A DNA stretch of 64,000 nucleotides from Azolla caroliniana (GCA_043228905.1 JBHGNT010000027.1:372001-436000); one strand, 5' to 3'. Numbered from the stretch's first letter, positions 23,293 to 38,309 are shown. Numbers and translations are program-made. Notes: generated by a model not told the origin, from the letters alone.

Positions 23293-24780
23293 AAACCGAT
23301 GGGGTAGGTCTTCCCTCTCTGGTCAGAACCACACGTGCAAGTTTCCCCGCATGTGGCTCGTTTGTGATGACTTCTGCTGGAGATTTACGGGAACAAGCGA
23401 ACCTTTCAAATCGAACACTGGTTTATGTGTTCAGAGTACGTGGCTTAGTTGCCTGAATTCAAGTTCTATTTACTATGTCTAGACGCGAGTTCGCTTCAAA
23501 ATTACCAACCGACCTTGCTTGTGTCCTTCATTCAGCAAAAGTTTCACCCACGCCCTTCACTCTACGAAAGAAGGCCGAAGGTCCGTATTTTGAACCAAAG
23601 ATTCCCGGACGATTATTTGACTACGGAAGTCCCGCTGGCTCCATTTGGCTTTCAGCGAGTTCGGGTCTCTGGAAGGCTAGCCGTGTTGCTTTACCATACC
23701 GCACTACTCTAGGACTTATAGTGAGGCTCGTCAGGGGGGAATCCAGTCGCAATGCATCTTGCTCAGCGAGTCAAGCGTAGCTATCCACTTCTTTCTTGCT
23801 TGTTGGGGGAAGTATAGAATGTCTATTGTTGTGTGTCCAGGGCTTACGTTTAGGACAATCCTGGCTTGGCTTGGCTTGGCTTGGCTTGGCTTGGCTGGAG
23901 AAGTTTTGTTTGCGAGCGGCTCGACTTGCTAGTCTGACTACAAGAGTGACCTACTTACCACCACTGTATAGGTCGGAGAGCAAGTTCCGGAGCGTATATT
24001 CTCTATGACTCACAGGAGTAGGTATCTCCATTTCGCCCATTCCATTTGCTAAGGTTCCATCGTCCGCCGGTTCCTCGGCTGTAGAAGTAGCCAGCCCCAA
24101 AGCAGCAAGCAGCTTACTCCAGTTGTCTCATATGAGATTCGGTCGGGAAATTTCCCAGTCTGTCAACTGCATTCTCCTAATTCGCTTATCCCACCACGTA
24201 CGATTTCTTTCTTTTTCGCTAGGTGTAGTACACCTGTCGGGGACGCTTCTGCGTGTCCGTTTACAGAATATCACACTATCATCTACCTCCCTTTCCTCGG
24301 AGCTCTTCATGGGGGCATTGTCGCATGCTCGACTTGGGTTGCCTGGTGTAATTTCCGGAGTACATTACGACAGGATCTTTCACCCGTACGGGCCAGCAAA
24401 GCCTCGATCTTTAAGGATTGGGCGGCTATGCTCTACTTATATTGAAGTCAATCTTTATAGAGTCCATTCGGGTGATCCCTAGGTTGCGCGTCTGGTAGTT
24501 GACTCGCCGTTTGGTACTGCGTACACAGAACCTGCTTATTACAGTTACTCTCGGAGGGTTGGTCGCACATGAATAATAGCGTTCGGACTCAAGTGCCTCC
24601 CGGAACATTCTACAAACTGGGGGAGTTACCTTGCTCCTGTTGCGTACGACTAGCCCTGCGGCGAGCGGATAGTCCCCATGCTATGGTTTTTGGCAGCAGT
24701 CCGATCCCTGCCAGTTAGGGAGTCCATCCGAGCGATGGCTTTCAACCCCCGCATCCCAGAACGTGCCTTCCTAGGCACAT
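23293..24780 (-). other. Group II intron nad2i156g2
   Basis: Domain V GAGCCACATGCGGGGAAACTTGCACGTGTGGTTC near 23325-23358; flanking exons join as SV|LIT; terminal nucleotides are atypical. Confidence 0.8.
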
Positions 24781-24936
24781 AACACTAGGTAAACCGAGCC
24801 AACCCACGTTACATACTAGCAGTAGATAATCATATTATTTGAAAGTACTAAACAAAACTCCATGAATGGGCAAAATAATAGTTGCGTTAACAGGAAAGAT
24901 CTCTAGAAGAAGCGCGAAAGAATCATGCTCAAATAT
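24781..24936 (-). CDS. nad2: NADH dehydrogenase subunit 2, exon 1 (ATA at the Met position)
   Basis: IFEHDSFALLLEIFPVNATIILPIHGVLFSTFK*YDYLLLVCNVGWLGLPSV, matching MFEHDFLALFPEIF...; 156 nt. Confidence 0.88.
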
Positions 24937-25369
24937 TCCTTTCAACGACTTCTAAGTCTGTTCGGTTTTTTCCCTTTTTCTCTCTCCTCCATATGCATGG
25001 GAGTTAAAGGTTGGTTCTTCAACAAGTCGCAGCAATGCAATGCAATGCAATGCAATGAAGGCCTTCGCTTTGTCTCGTCGACCGCAAACAAAGCGGCGAT
25101 GGGCTGGCTTTCCGCGTTTCCGTAAAGAAAATCGAAAGAACTCTGATTGATTCTTATTCGTAGTTGGGATGCAGGGATAGATTTATTTCTTCCTCGAAGA
25201 ACCGTACGAACGATTAGGCCGCTGCGATTTCCACACGCAGACACGCGGATTCAGCATGAAGGGCGGGCGATTTATTCCCCGATCGAACGAATGAATGAAT
25301 GAATGAATAGGGTGTCGTTCGCAATGACAAGGAACGTTAGCTGGAAACGCGGTCAACTAACGGGCACAA

Positions 25370-25609
25370 GTGCAATATTTTCATTTTGGTGTGACTCTTG
25401 GTTGGAGAAGGCCACACCACAGTTGGTCTCTTCTCCATAAGCCGGACCGCCAACGTCAAGGCGAGATCACATTGGTCCAGTCCCCGCATAGCCAGTGGAA
25501 GGGTGAGGTGCATCCACTCAGATAGCATGGGGAGGTCGAATGACTGCGGCCACGTCAATCCGCTTCTTTTCTTTTCTTGTTGGGCCGCTAGCAATTGTCT
25601 AGCTTCTGC
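25370..25609 (-). repeat. ~240-bp repeat upstream of nad2, partner of 11270-11510
   Basis: Reverse complement of the segment upstream of rrnS. Confidence 0.9.
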
Positions 25610-26504
25610 TACCAACTCCCCCATCGGGCCGTCTGACTTTACCGTAGCCGATAAGTAGCGTTAATCGTCTTCATCGCGCTGATGAAGCAGCGGGTTCATC
25701 CACCACCTTGGTTCTTCCCCGCAAGCAACTTCCGCCGTATTATCCATAGCTGTTCATCAAGAAGGCCTAGAGTTAGTTTTCCGATAAGATTCAAGCTACA
25801 ATTTCAAACAGCACCTTTTCTTCATGAAGCGCAAGAAAACTGCACTGCGGAAGAAGAAGAAGCGGTAAAAAGTGTAATATAAATGGCTACCAAAGTTCTT
25901 CTTTTGAACTTTCAAGAAGGCCTGAATATTCATGGATTATTATACGATAATCTTTAATGCGGCTCAGATTGCGGAAAGAATTGAATGCTGGAATTTCGAA
26001 ATTCCGTTGGTAAAATTCAGAAGGATCATGCAAGAAGGCAATATCATCTTCTGGCCATAATCTGCGAATCCAGCAAAGCAAAGCAAAGCAGCACTTTTCT
26101 TTTCACTTTAAACCGAGCCGGCGGCAATCTTGATGAATCACTGGCAAGAAGATGCTTTGCACTTTTCTTTCCACTTTAAAGCAGCAATCTTTGAACTCGG
26201 AAATGGCACTTTTCCCTGCAAGCCTGAAACGCACGCCTTCCCCAAAAGAAAAGCGGAACCACCTAACGAGTATTTTAAACAGCAAGCATGATGAACCGGC
26301 ATGTTCATCAAACCAAACAGGTTCTTCATGCATGCATGAAGGCCTTCATGATGATGAAAACCGCTTCATTGGAATGTCACCGTCTCATTGACAACACGAA
26401 TGATAACGAATTGACAATATGAATAGTCACGTTAGTTTCCCATTCTTAAGCATGGATTATTATACAATAATCTTCATTTGCTTTTTTACTGTTGACAACA
26501 TGTA

Positions 26505-26578
26505 GTGCGGGGGCAGGGTTTGAACCCGCAGTCTTCAGGTCATGAGCCTGACGAGTTGGCCATTTACTCCACCCCGCA
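26505..26578 (-). tRNA. trnfM: tRNA-fMet(CAU), copy 2
   Basis: Inverted copy of 7633-7706. Confidence 0.9.
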
Positions 26579-26950
26579 AGCAAGCAAGCAATTGATCTCT
26601 CTCTAGCGAATCGGAATTTATTTTAGAAAAAAAGAAGCCAGAAAATAGATTGCCATAGCCATGGGTTCAAACCTTTCCCCGAAGCTGCCGGCCGAAATCA
26701 ACCGTTGCCAGTCGTTGTGTCCAACGAAGCTACGCGTAATGACTGTCCCTACCAAAAGACAAACAAACAAAGCATTTCTATAGGAGGTAACTGGGCCAAT
26801 TCCCGCAAACCACCTATAGGTTAGGTGGCGGTGATCTATCGGCTTGTTCAATTCCCGCCGTTATCCGCTCACCCGCCTAACGCTCCTACAAACAAAAGGG
26901 AGGGTCTCCTTAGTAATTACGTGAGGGGGCCTCCTTCCCCATCTCTTGAA

Positions 26951-28137
<1,187 letters not shown>

Positions 28138-29032
28138 ATAGAGTCAAGCTTCTGCCGAGGAGAAGTGATCGTAGTTGTGCTCTCCGAACCGTGCGGAATA
28201 GTCGCCCATTACACGGCTCTCTAACTTGACTTTATCTGGGTCTTGTTTAACCCCAGAGGCCGAAAGGAGGGTGGAAACTTCCTCACAAGTTCCCTCCTCC
28301 TTTCCTCCTTGGGGACCCACTTTGTGATTTCCTGAAGTCCACTCTCTCCTGGAGTTTGCAGAGAGGAAAATGGCTTTTCAGTTAAGTCAGGTAAAACTTG
28401 CTTGCCTTTTCGTTATTCTGTTTCGAACTCCGGGCATGACAAATGCATAGGCTCCTTCCCGTTTTCTACTTGGCATTCACCAAGTGCCGGTTCCGCCTTA
28501 GGAGGGTAGGCAGGTGGTATGGGCCCTCTGACTTCTTTCCGGGGCTTTCCTCCCGCCGAAGATCTCGCCGGTTTTACCTGCGGATGGTTGGGACCATAAT
28601 AAGATAAGAGTTGAAAGGTCCCACTTTGCTTGGCTTGCCGGGATGTCGTTCAGTCTTCCGTCCCCAATAGAATAGATAGGTAATCCGCTCTCATGCTTGC
28701 TGTAAACTTTCGTTTACGGGCGGGAGAAGTGGCACTCAATCGGGCCTGACCATAATGTGCCTATAGCAGGCAGGGAGCATATCCGCGTCTATCTGGCAAC
28801 ACGTCGAACGAACGAATAGGGCATGGTCACCCGAAAAAGACTCCGATTTGCTGCTTTCGGCCTCATCTTTCACCAAACTACCGGGCTGCACGATGATTTT
28901 CATTCGTCCGCTTTGCCTTCAATCGTGCTTTCTTTTGCGACATGCTATGGTCTCGGCCTCCCTTCGCGGGTTCTGGTTAGTCTCATGCCTGTATGCAACC
29001 TTTTTCGACCGCAGATGATCTAACGGCCGCCC
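28138..29032 (-). other. Group II intron atp1i361g2, copy 2
   Basis: Inverted copy of 5179-6073. Confidence 0.88.
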
Positions 29033-29378
29033 CACCTTTTCCATCAATGAGTACTCCTAACGCATCAACTACACAACCCGGCATGGCCTTTCCTACAAGA
29101 ACGTCCACAATAGATCCAGTGCGCTTGACCATATCTCCTTCTTTAATGGCGGTATCACTACCGGATATAACAATTCCTACATTCTCATTCTCAGAATTCG
29201 AAGCCATTCCTTTCACACCGCTGGCGAATTCTACCATTTCTCCTGCTTGAATCTTGTTCGATCCATAAACACGTGCAATTCCATCCCCAACCGATACCAC
29301 TCAACCGATCTCATCCACTGGCAATTTGGTGTGATAGTTGGTAATTCTTTCTTCCGAGATAGTAGATGGTTATTCCGT
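29033..29378 (-). CDS. atp1: atp1 exon 1, copy 2
   Basis: Inverted copy of 4833-5178. Confidence 0.94.
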
Positions 29379-30049
29379 TGCTCTAGCTTTAAACAATCTC
29401 GTTCCCTTTCTCTTCCGTCGAATCCCTTTCCTCGGCACTTTATACCCAGGGCAGTCTCCTGCATTCATGGCAGTTCCTAGCAAGAAAGAGATGGGAAAGG
29501 GAAGTAACCTCACGACGAGGTGAACCATGTCATTGATATAGAGGGGAGGGATCGGACCTTCCCCCAGTGTTGGTTTGCATTATAAAGAAAGTAAGTTTTG
29601 ACAGAATAGACTGGGTGAATGAAGCGCTAAAGCCGTGTATCCGTAGCTATGCAGAGACGGAGAGAAATAGATATATACAACTGAAAGGTGAGGGACTACG
29701 CGGAGGGAGGGCATCCACATAGCTCTAAATCATAGGATCAAATTCCAGAGTGAGCCCCGCAGTGCAACTACCTTTCGCGGAGCCGACTCTTTCGATCGAT
29801 TGGCAAAAAAAAATGGATATTTGTCGTATGGAGAAATTGGATGAACGAATAGACGAGTAAGGTATTAACTAAACTGCAATTATTCTAATTTGAGTCGACT
29901 TTTTCCATTCCATCTCCCCGCTTCGCTGCTCTATTCGGGTTTATTCCTTCGCCTTGCTCGAGCCAAGCCTTCCATGACCTGCTGGGCTGTAGGACCAATC
30001 CAAACCTTCTGACGTTGGTGAGTAGAGACAAATAGCTCTATGGTGGTAT

Positions 30050-30481
30050 TTAGACACGACGTTTTTTAGGGGGTCAGCATCCATTATGTAGCATTGGGAT
30101 TACGTCGTGAATTCTGATAGTAACAGGACCTCCCTCTTTTGAACTTTTCGGCGAAAATCCCTTTCTTACAAGACCAATTCCTTTTATTTTCACTTCAACT
30201 GACCTAATTTCGGGTTAAGTGGCAGCTTACGCGACACGTTCCGCAGTTGCTTAAGCTGCATACTTGTCCGAGCGACGGAAACCCTTAAACCCTCTTGAAC
30301 AACCTGAGGAGGACCCTGTTCTTTCATCTCCCTTGCAATTTATTATGATAATGAAAGTATTACTAAAAGTTGGTTAAGTATGGGCAATACCGTGGTGCTT
30401 TCTTGGCTTTTAGTGGTGTTTTCCCCATTTCTGTTAGCGGCGCGGCTACTATTACTAGTGTTCAGAAGGCTGCTTTTACAT
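30050..30481 (-). CDS. rps11: rps11, copy 2
   Basis: Inverted copy of 3730-4161. Confidence 0.89.
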
Positions 30482-30576
30482 AATTGTATTCTTCATTTCT
30501 ATTCCTTCGGTTTCGTTTTCTTCCTGGCGTCTTGCCTTCTCTCATTTTTGTGAATGAAAAACGAATTATTCTTCTT

Positions 30577-30942
30577 TCGTTGATTGATTGAAACTTTTCT
30601 TGACTTGCGACAGATCTTAACATTGCTGTAGGTTCATTAACCACGTAATGGCAATCCTGCTTTGTGACGGAATCCGCGGTAACGGCTGATATTAATTAAT
30701 CATTTGATATATTACTAAATTTCTCTCTTTAATTCCGAATCAACTAGGAAATTGTTTCAACGTACTATTATGCTAATCTGGTCAATTTAGTGCCGAGTCA
30801 GATTACTAACCTTAGTGTTATCGCCGGGACCTGATTAATCACAAACCCAAGTGGCTTTTTTGGGTCCAGTTCCGGAGATTTAGGTTGAGGCAAGTCTGAC
30901 TTATTTATTGGAAACTGATTTGGTTCCTGGAATATATGACGC
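30577..30942 (-). CDS. rps13: rps13, copy 2
   Basis: Inverted copy of 3269-3634. Confidence 0.86.
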
Positions 30943-30945
30943 GAT

Positions 30946-31245
30946 TTGTTTCTTTTCTCCTTGTTTTCTACGTATAATTTCATTTCAATATTTTATACCT
31001 CTTCCTTTATGAACTTCAGGGGGTTTACAATTTTTGACGCTAACAGCGGATTAAGTAACTTTTCAGGGATCCGTTCCGGTACAACGAGTGATATTATGTT
31101 TCAAGCGGAAAACACAAACCGAAGGCGTGACCTAGAGTCAAATCTCATAGCTGAACCCTAGTTTTGAATCTGAAACAGAGCCTTATGGGTTAGTACTGAC
31201 TTTGTATCCAATTGTTTACGAAGAACAAACGGATTAAGCTTCCGT
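30946..31245 (-). CDS. rpl6: rpl6, copy 2
   Basis: Inverted copy of 2966-3265. Confidence 0.89.
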
Positions 31246-31988
31246 AGACTTGACTTGATTTCGTTGTGGCTTCTTGTTCCGTTCTCGATATTCATGGCAG
31301 TTTTTTTGTTTGCGCTGGGATTACAGTATAATAATGAAAAGGTAGCTGCTTTCTTTGTCGACGCTTTGCGCTCAGCGGACGGAATGCGGGAAGACAGGTG
31401 CGTGCGTGCCGTGCCGTGCCGTGCCGTGCCGTGCCGTGCCGTGCCGCCGAAGGGGAGCAAGCTGCGAAACAGGGCGGGAAGCAGCCTAGTAGAGTAGTTG
31501 GATTGTTCATGCACTCACATGAACCCATTACTCGAGATATTTCGAAAGTGACGCCCAAAACTGAAACTCCTTACCTAGCACCAGTAACAGTCAATCCGTA
31601 ACATTGCAGGATAATAAGCTGGGACCCGGAGATTCGTCTTTGGGTCGTAAAGGCGGCCAAAGCCAGCCACTAAGCAACGCTCTTTCAATGCTTTACGTTC
31701 GTTTTCCGGGCGAAGTCTGGTCTGATCTTACGACCTTCTAAGCTAAGCGTTAGATTTTACTAGCCTCTGTTCGGTCTGTAAGGTCAACTTGTGCCTGTAG
31801 CTCGAGCACCAAACTTCGAATCCGGGATAGTTCGAATCTCTCCGGGCATGGACCTATCGATGAGTCATCGAAGTCTCAAGTCAATAGTTCCAAGGGAACC
31901 GCAATGAAGTCTTCATTGCGGTTCTTCCCCCGAAAGCTATAGCGCTTTCTCTACGGGGGAAGAACCGCACTCGGCTCTGGTTCCGCTG

Positions 31989-32060
31989 GCGGAAATAGCT
32001 TAATGGTAGAGTATAGCCTTGCCAAGGCTGGAGTTGAGGGTTCGAGTCCCTTTTTCCGCT
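31989..32060 (+). tRNA. trnG: tRNA-Gly(GCC), copy 2
   Basis: Inverted copy of 2151-2222. Confidence 0.93.
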
Positions 32061-34402
32061 TGCAGAATTGCGTCTTACGGTCACGCGAAATTGACTAGAG
32101 AAACAGTCTGAATTACTCCTGTGCGGTTCCTCCGGGATGAACCGGCGGGCGCGTGAAAAGTGGCGATTTGATTGATTCCCGCCCGAACCAACCGCGATAC
32201 AATCATGGCCATAGACAACGCCAAGCAGTTGCAGCTCCTCAACGGTTGAAAGGATACGAAGCGATCAGCTAGCGTTCGTACTTCGAGAATACAAAGCAAA
32301 GCCTCGATTACCACAGCTGCAATAAGCGAAGAGAATACGATACGATCAGCACGAAGCGGGGATTCCCAATCTCAGTGAACATCGGTACCAACTATGCCTA
32401 CAGCGGCAGCGTAGCAAACCTTTGGGTTCGGGACTGGTTGCAGCAAGTACCATAGGGACTGATTGCAGCAGGTACCGGACTAGTGCTTCGGGACCGATCT
32501 AGGACCACAGGGATTGGATTCCGTAGGGATAGCTTCATATCCTCCTTGCCGTATAGATATCACCTAGCGAACTCCAGGGACTGATCGAACCCACCGGTAC
32601 CTACGGGTTATCATTCTCGAAGTTGTTTTCTCTGCAAGAATAGGCCGCAGCCTATGCTATCTGTACGGCTACTTCTCTGCCGGCCTTTGATCAGAAGCAA
32701 GTGAAAGAGACCGGCCATTCTATAACCGAAATTCTTTTCTGCTGCACTGGTTCATCGGGCCGCCTCGACTAACGGCAGCATGAAGGCCGTTTATCCGCCA
32801 AAAAAGTGGTGCCGTGGCGAAGTCAATAAAACAGCGCAATGAGTGAGATTGCCCGTTATCCGCCTCACAGACAGCGGAAAGGCCTTCACCTGCGCTAATA
32901 AAACTTAGCAGCAAGCAAGTTCTTCCGCATCCGCAAGAAGGGGGCAAGCAAGCAAGCAAGCAAGCAAGCAATTTGCGCAGCTAGGTTGGGCGGTTCTCTG
33001 TCTGCGTAGAGGGCATAATCCGTGTTTGGCTATCGACTCAAATTACAAGTGGTGACGGCTAAACTGTACAGTCATGCCGTAAATCACTATCCTTCACCGT
33101 TTCCCTGGCTGGAACGAAAGTTTATAGAAAGAAAGCCAAAATTAATTAATATTGGAGTAGCCATGGTTGATTGCAATGAGAGTGATTATACGCGACCTGG
33201 AGTTGAGTTCGAACATGTATGCAATAAGGTGCTAAAGTACTTGGTTGGCTTGAAGATAAGTATATCGTAGAACTTGTTAACAATCCATTGGGCTACTTTA
33301 GAGAAAGTGAATTTATTTAGGAGGAGGCGAAGGACGCACGAAAGGAGGTAGACTTTTGGTGTTACTTTAGGGAAAGCCCATCAGTTCGGTTCCTAATAAA
33401 CATTCACTCGTTACGGGATTCCGGGCGTCAAGGTGTGGATTTTACTTCATTAAAAGGAAACCGACCATTCTTTCTCATGAGAACCCATATATCATCCAGG
33501 GCGAAAGTCTTATGTAGTGTCTTGCTAAAATACCTTGGCGTTGTGAAGGATTTTTTTCTTTACAATCACTAGTTTAATAGGAAATAACTTTATTCTTTTT
33601 CTTTTCTAAGCTGTTTTTGTTACGAACCAATCTGTTGCTTACTGCCTGCGCGGATACGGGCCTTCGAGCAAGCAGTGAACGCAGCACCAGTCAATTCCTC
33701 GCCGCCGGCTTCACCCGGATGAACCGCTTTCAGGCACGACTTACGGGCAGAGAGTTTCTACACCATCCTCTAGGGCCCATATCCGCTCGCGAGGACCGAC
33801 CTGGAAAATCAGTACAAGTTCTTCAAAGATATTTTAGCAAGGGACAAACTAAATCCTCAGGTCGGGTGGGATGGCACTACTGGCAAATACTGTCTGGCAA
33901 AGACGCAGGCGCGAAGCGTGGTAGGCCCGCTAGCGTTTTTTTTGCTTGCCGAAAGCATACAAGAAAAGCCGGGTATATACGGGAACCGACTCCTTGTTGT
34001 TTTTGCAACCATAGGAACTGCCATGAATGCAGGAGACTGCCCTAGGTATAAAGCACCGAGGAAAAGAAACAGATTGGATAAGACATGCCCATAGTCATAA
34101 ACAGCTTAGAAAGATTATAGACCGAATTGCACGAGGACATCGCAACTCTTTAAAATAACAACGAAGAGTTGTTCCCGCAGGTGCTCCTCAATCTGTCGTA
34201 GAATACACTACCCGATCTTTCGGGTGGCCTAGAAATCCTGAAAGATCTAGAAGTCTCTTCGGTTGTGGAACTGATTATTGGATTTTAGGATTTCTTCATT
34301 CCGATTGTATTTGCAATAGGATTCATCTCCCTTACATTGATTATAGTAGCCAAGACTCTTTCATGTACAAACCGTTTCGTGTGAATTCATTAAATAAATA
34401 AC

Positions 34403-35200
34403 ACGAGTGTCTCCTAAGAGCATCCCTATCATCCGGTGGATTCAAGTCCATGGTCTCTCCTGGGGTTACTCGGAGCCTTAGCAAGCACCATCGGTGCTGT
34501 TATGTATATGCATTCATTCGCGGGAGACGGAACACTCCTCACTTTAGGCCTAAGCTTGATCTTATACACCATGTTTGTATGGCGGCGCGATGTTACATGT
34601 GAATTTACTTACGAAGGACGTCATACCAAAGTGGTATAATTAGGGCTTCGCTACGGTTTTCTCTTGTTTATCGTCTCGGAGGTTATGTCTCTTCTAGCCT
34701 TTTTTTGGGCTTTCTTTTATTTATCTTTGGCACTCGCGGTAGAGATCGGAGCTATTCGGCCCCCCAAAGGAGTTGAGGTTTTAAATCCCTGGGGAATCCC
34801 TTTTCTAAATACCCTTATTCTCCTTTCCTCTGGAGCTGCCGTGACTTGGGCTCATCATGCCATACTCGCAGGTTTAAAATAATAAGCGGTTCACGCTTTA
34901 GTAGCTATCGTTCGGCTGGCTCCAGTTCCCACCGGGTTTTAGGGAATGGAATATTACGAAGCACTCTTCATCATTTCCGACGGTATTTATGGTTTTACTT
35001 TCCTCTTAGCCATCGGGTCTTATGGGTCCTACGTTACTACAGGGACCATTCTCTCGACGATACGCGGTATTTGTTAATATATAGGTCATTTTAGTCCTTC
35101 GCATCACTTCGGCTTCGAAGCAGCTGCTCGGTACCGGCATTCTGTGGACGTGGTTCGGTCATTTCCATCTGTCCCTATCTATTGGTGGGGGGGCTTATGA
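34403..35200 (+). CDS. cox3: Cytochrome c oxidase subunit 3 (ACG start, edited, no intron)
   Basis: (M)[15 protein letters not shown]...[22 protein letters not shown]...[18 protein letters not shown]...YWWGGL*; 798 nt. Confidence 0.95.
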
Positions 35201-36766
35201 CAACAAGGTATGGGCCTTGCCCTTCCCCAAGCAGAATGCAGGTCAATGGAAACTTGACTGGTTGAAAAGCCTGACGTTGTGGGGTTCAGCGGGCCAGCTT
35301 TGCTTTGAAGGTGGGCTTATAACATCAAGGGCAGGGGATCCGGCCGGTTGGGGCTCGACGAATCACCTAGTTGTCTTCCTTTTACGATTCTATACGGTGC
35401 TCGGTAGGTCCAATTCCTACTGTATTTTTCGGAATGCATTAGATGAGTACCCGGCCAAAGGTTCAGGGGTCGAATACCCAACGATAGAGTCGGGTTCAGG
35501 TTCTACTCTCCGTTGTCTATCAGCGCTGGTCCACCTTATCTGATACATCACCGTTCCATCATCATCCATTCCTCCTGTTTCCCACTTACTACCCTTTCCC
35601 ATTTTTATTTTCCTTCATCTCGGTCGTTAGCTTGGAATCTGCCCGCCCCCCGATTCTCCTGGAAAGGGAGAAATGTTTCCTTTCCTTTCCTTTCCTTTCC
35701 TTTCCTTTCCTCGGTATCATTCTCTCTCGTCAGCAGTGCTAAGGTGACTTCTCAGACCGTTCCCTTGTTCTGCAGATTCTCTGAGTTCCGAGAGGCCTTC
35801 GGCGAATTAGCTCGACTTTGTTGTTGCGGAGCGGGTTTCGCGTGAGGTGCTCTCTCGGCGGCGGGCGGTAGAAGGCTACCTTTCTCCTCATGCGTGAAAA
35901 CGGCCGGGCCGGGCCGGGCCGGGCCGGCCTTCATGATGAACCGGTTCATCGGCACTGGTTGGTTCTAACATCCCCAGCAAGCAAGCAAGCAAGCAAGCAG
36001 GTGTTTTACCTCTGCCGCCTTGGGATGGGAACCTTGGTTTGCTCAGTTCTGAAACCTTCCCATGGTTAGGGTTGGGTATATGGCAAAATTCGCCTCTGAG
36101 GTTACGGGGGCAGTATCTATCGATTTTGGAGAAAGGAGAGGCGATCGTGTCTCTCTCCGAACTAGAAACAATGTGCGGCGATCCTGAGATTATCGGCGCA
36201 GAACAGAAGCGGTTCTTGAATTGATCACACGACATTACGTAAGATTACAGCTTCGAGAACTTGTTCGGGATTGATTAGAGGAGACCCTGTTCTGGATCTT
36301 TTCCGAGCCCGATCTCCACCTCCCCTAACCCACCGAAGACGGTAGCGACGGGAAAGATTCCGATTTGGAATCGTGTATGGGTAGTATGACGCTATGAAAA
36401 AGGTCTTAGAACACCCCATCCAACCATCCAACTGCTTGAGTCGTGGGGGCCTTTTGATCCCTGAAAGAAGGTCTCTATATAAAGTGACTTATAGCAGCTC
36501 CTACATTCGAGGCGAGGTTTGGCCTCGGGTGTTAAGTTCGCCAGGAACCATAAGCCTTTGTATGCATCTGAGCATAATGGGTTCGGTGAAGGCTAAGGGA
36601 CTAGACAGCCCACCTCCTAGCTTCATCTCTTACTAGAGATGCCGCTAAGAGGATCCCTTTCATTCCCATGTAAGCTGCTTTCACCTGAGGGACCTCTCAC
36701 AAACTCCCATAGATATTAGAAACAGACCTCGAAACGAGAAACAGAACAAGAATAAGAGAAAGCAGA

Positions 36767-36791
36767 ACGAGCTTTGGTTAATTATTCCCCA
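36767..36791 (+). CDS. rps1: Ribosomal protein S1, exon 1 (25 nt)
   Basis: ACG AGC TTT GGT TAA TTA TTC CCC A = MSFGQLFP after editing, followed by the intron start GTGTG. Confidence 0.8.
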
Positions 36792-37398
36792 GTGTGATCT
36801 GTTAGCCCTAAGCAATATCTGCAAAACGGCTCACGCTATTAATAACGTGAACTTCAACCAAAAGCGGACAAAAAGAGATCGCCGATCTTTTCCGCCAGTA
36901 GCTGAGATGTTCAGTTGACTCCCAGGCCTTGATGGAAGGGCGGCTACCTTCGAAACTGCAAAAGCAAAAGGCCCGGGGCGCAGGACGAACAATGAATGAG
37001 TGTAAGCTTCGTGGCCCAATCGACGGTGCTGACCACGGGACTCGTTATCGTAATAGCGGGAGGGAGCAAGGCAGTGACAACTTGGGGATTGTCATTGAGC
37101 ATCCCTTGACGCCCGAGAAAAGTAAGTTATCGATGGCTCTTCTGTCTGAGACAGACCATCTACGCTCGCGGCATCCCTTACGGAGTATAGCTCACATCCA
37201 AGCATCTGGTTGGGGAACGGGGCAACGCCCATGAAGCTCCGGAAACGGAAGGCCCGCCAGGCTGTATGCTCTTGGAAATAGGATTCTTCACCAAGCTCCA
37301 GAGCTGACACGGGGACCCATTAACTTCTTCAAATTGGATCGTAGATGACAGCGAATCATACGTAAGGTATTCAAACTCGCGTTAAATCACCGTCCTAA

Positions 37399-37429
<31 letters not shown>

Positions 37430-37587
37430 CAATTTGGAGTGAAATCATACCATAACTCGAAACGCCTTCCGTCATAGCTAAATACGGGGAGGAGATGCCA
37501 GCATGACGGGAAGAGCCGTGTGAGGCCTATAGCTCATGCACGGTTCGGGAGCCAAGCCCCAGCAGTAATGGTGCGGCTTAGGTTAAC
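36792..37587 (+). other. Group II intron rps1i25g2
   Basis: 5' GTGTGA; domain V GAGCCGTGTGAGGCCTATAGCTCATGCACGGTTC near 37513; 3' GTTAAC. Confidence 0.85.
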
Positions 37588-38309
37588 TGTATAATTCTAG
37601 TCCCACTTTACTACGTGAAGGCGCTCTATAATATTCAGTGAAACCATTATAATACAGGGACAAAAGTCATGATGGGGACAGAGGTTTAATCAAACTGTTA
37701 CACCCGCAGAATATGATCTTGGTGAATACAGGACTGAAAACTCCTGTAATCCTTTTAAAACATGAAGTGACAGCAAGAGCGCCAATCACCAAGTAAGCAA
37801 AGTTTAATTCTGTTGGGATCGAAGATTCGAATCTGGAAAAAGTGGAAGAGCTTCGTGAACCAAAAATTATTTTGCCAGAACCACGTAAACCGGAAATTAT
37901 TTTGTCAAAACCATTGAACAAGAAAATAGTTCGGATTGAACTAACCAAGATTTGGCGTGACCGCGACAAGGTCAAAGGGTTGATTTTCAATTTAATGAAG
38001 GGTGGGTATGCCGCAGTTACTGCAGGGTTCGTGGCTTTCCTTTTCAGGAGTCCCTTTCGCAAAAATGAGAGTGAGAGGTTCCACAAAAAGAAGAAATTTT
38101 ACAAAAGTAGAAAATTTAGGTTCCACAAGAATAAAAGCAGAAGTGGGAAATTTGGAAACAAAGGTCTAAAGTTTCGCAGAAGCAGAAATGAGACATTCTG
38201 CAGAAGTAGGACATCCAGAATTCTGAACACGAACCCAATAAAGCGTAATATTGCGGTAAAAGAAGAGATTCGTGCTGCGCTAGTTTCAGAAAAGAAAAAG
38301 CACCATTGA
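37588..38309 (+). CDS. rps1: Ribosomal protein S1, exon 2
   Basis: YNSS...LVNTGLKTPV...IELTKIWRDRDKVKGLIFNLMKGGYAAVTAGFVAFL...NIAVKE. Confidence 0.9.

Larger units (their letters stand above)
8004..26639. repeat. 18.6-kb direct repeat copy 1 (partner 38810-57444) carrying rrn5, rrnL-5', rrnS, tRNAs and nad2
   Basis: ORF track repeats at offset 30806/30805. Confidence 0.95.

Noticed and set aside
35888-36235. KNRFCSAPII as a gypsy RT-RNaseH linker remnant
   Set aside because: Only a short weak match with no clear TDAS or YXDD motif; needs BLASTX
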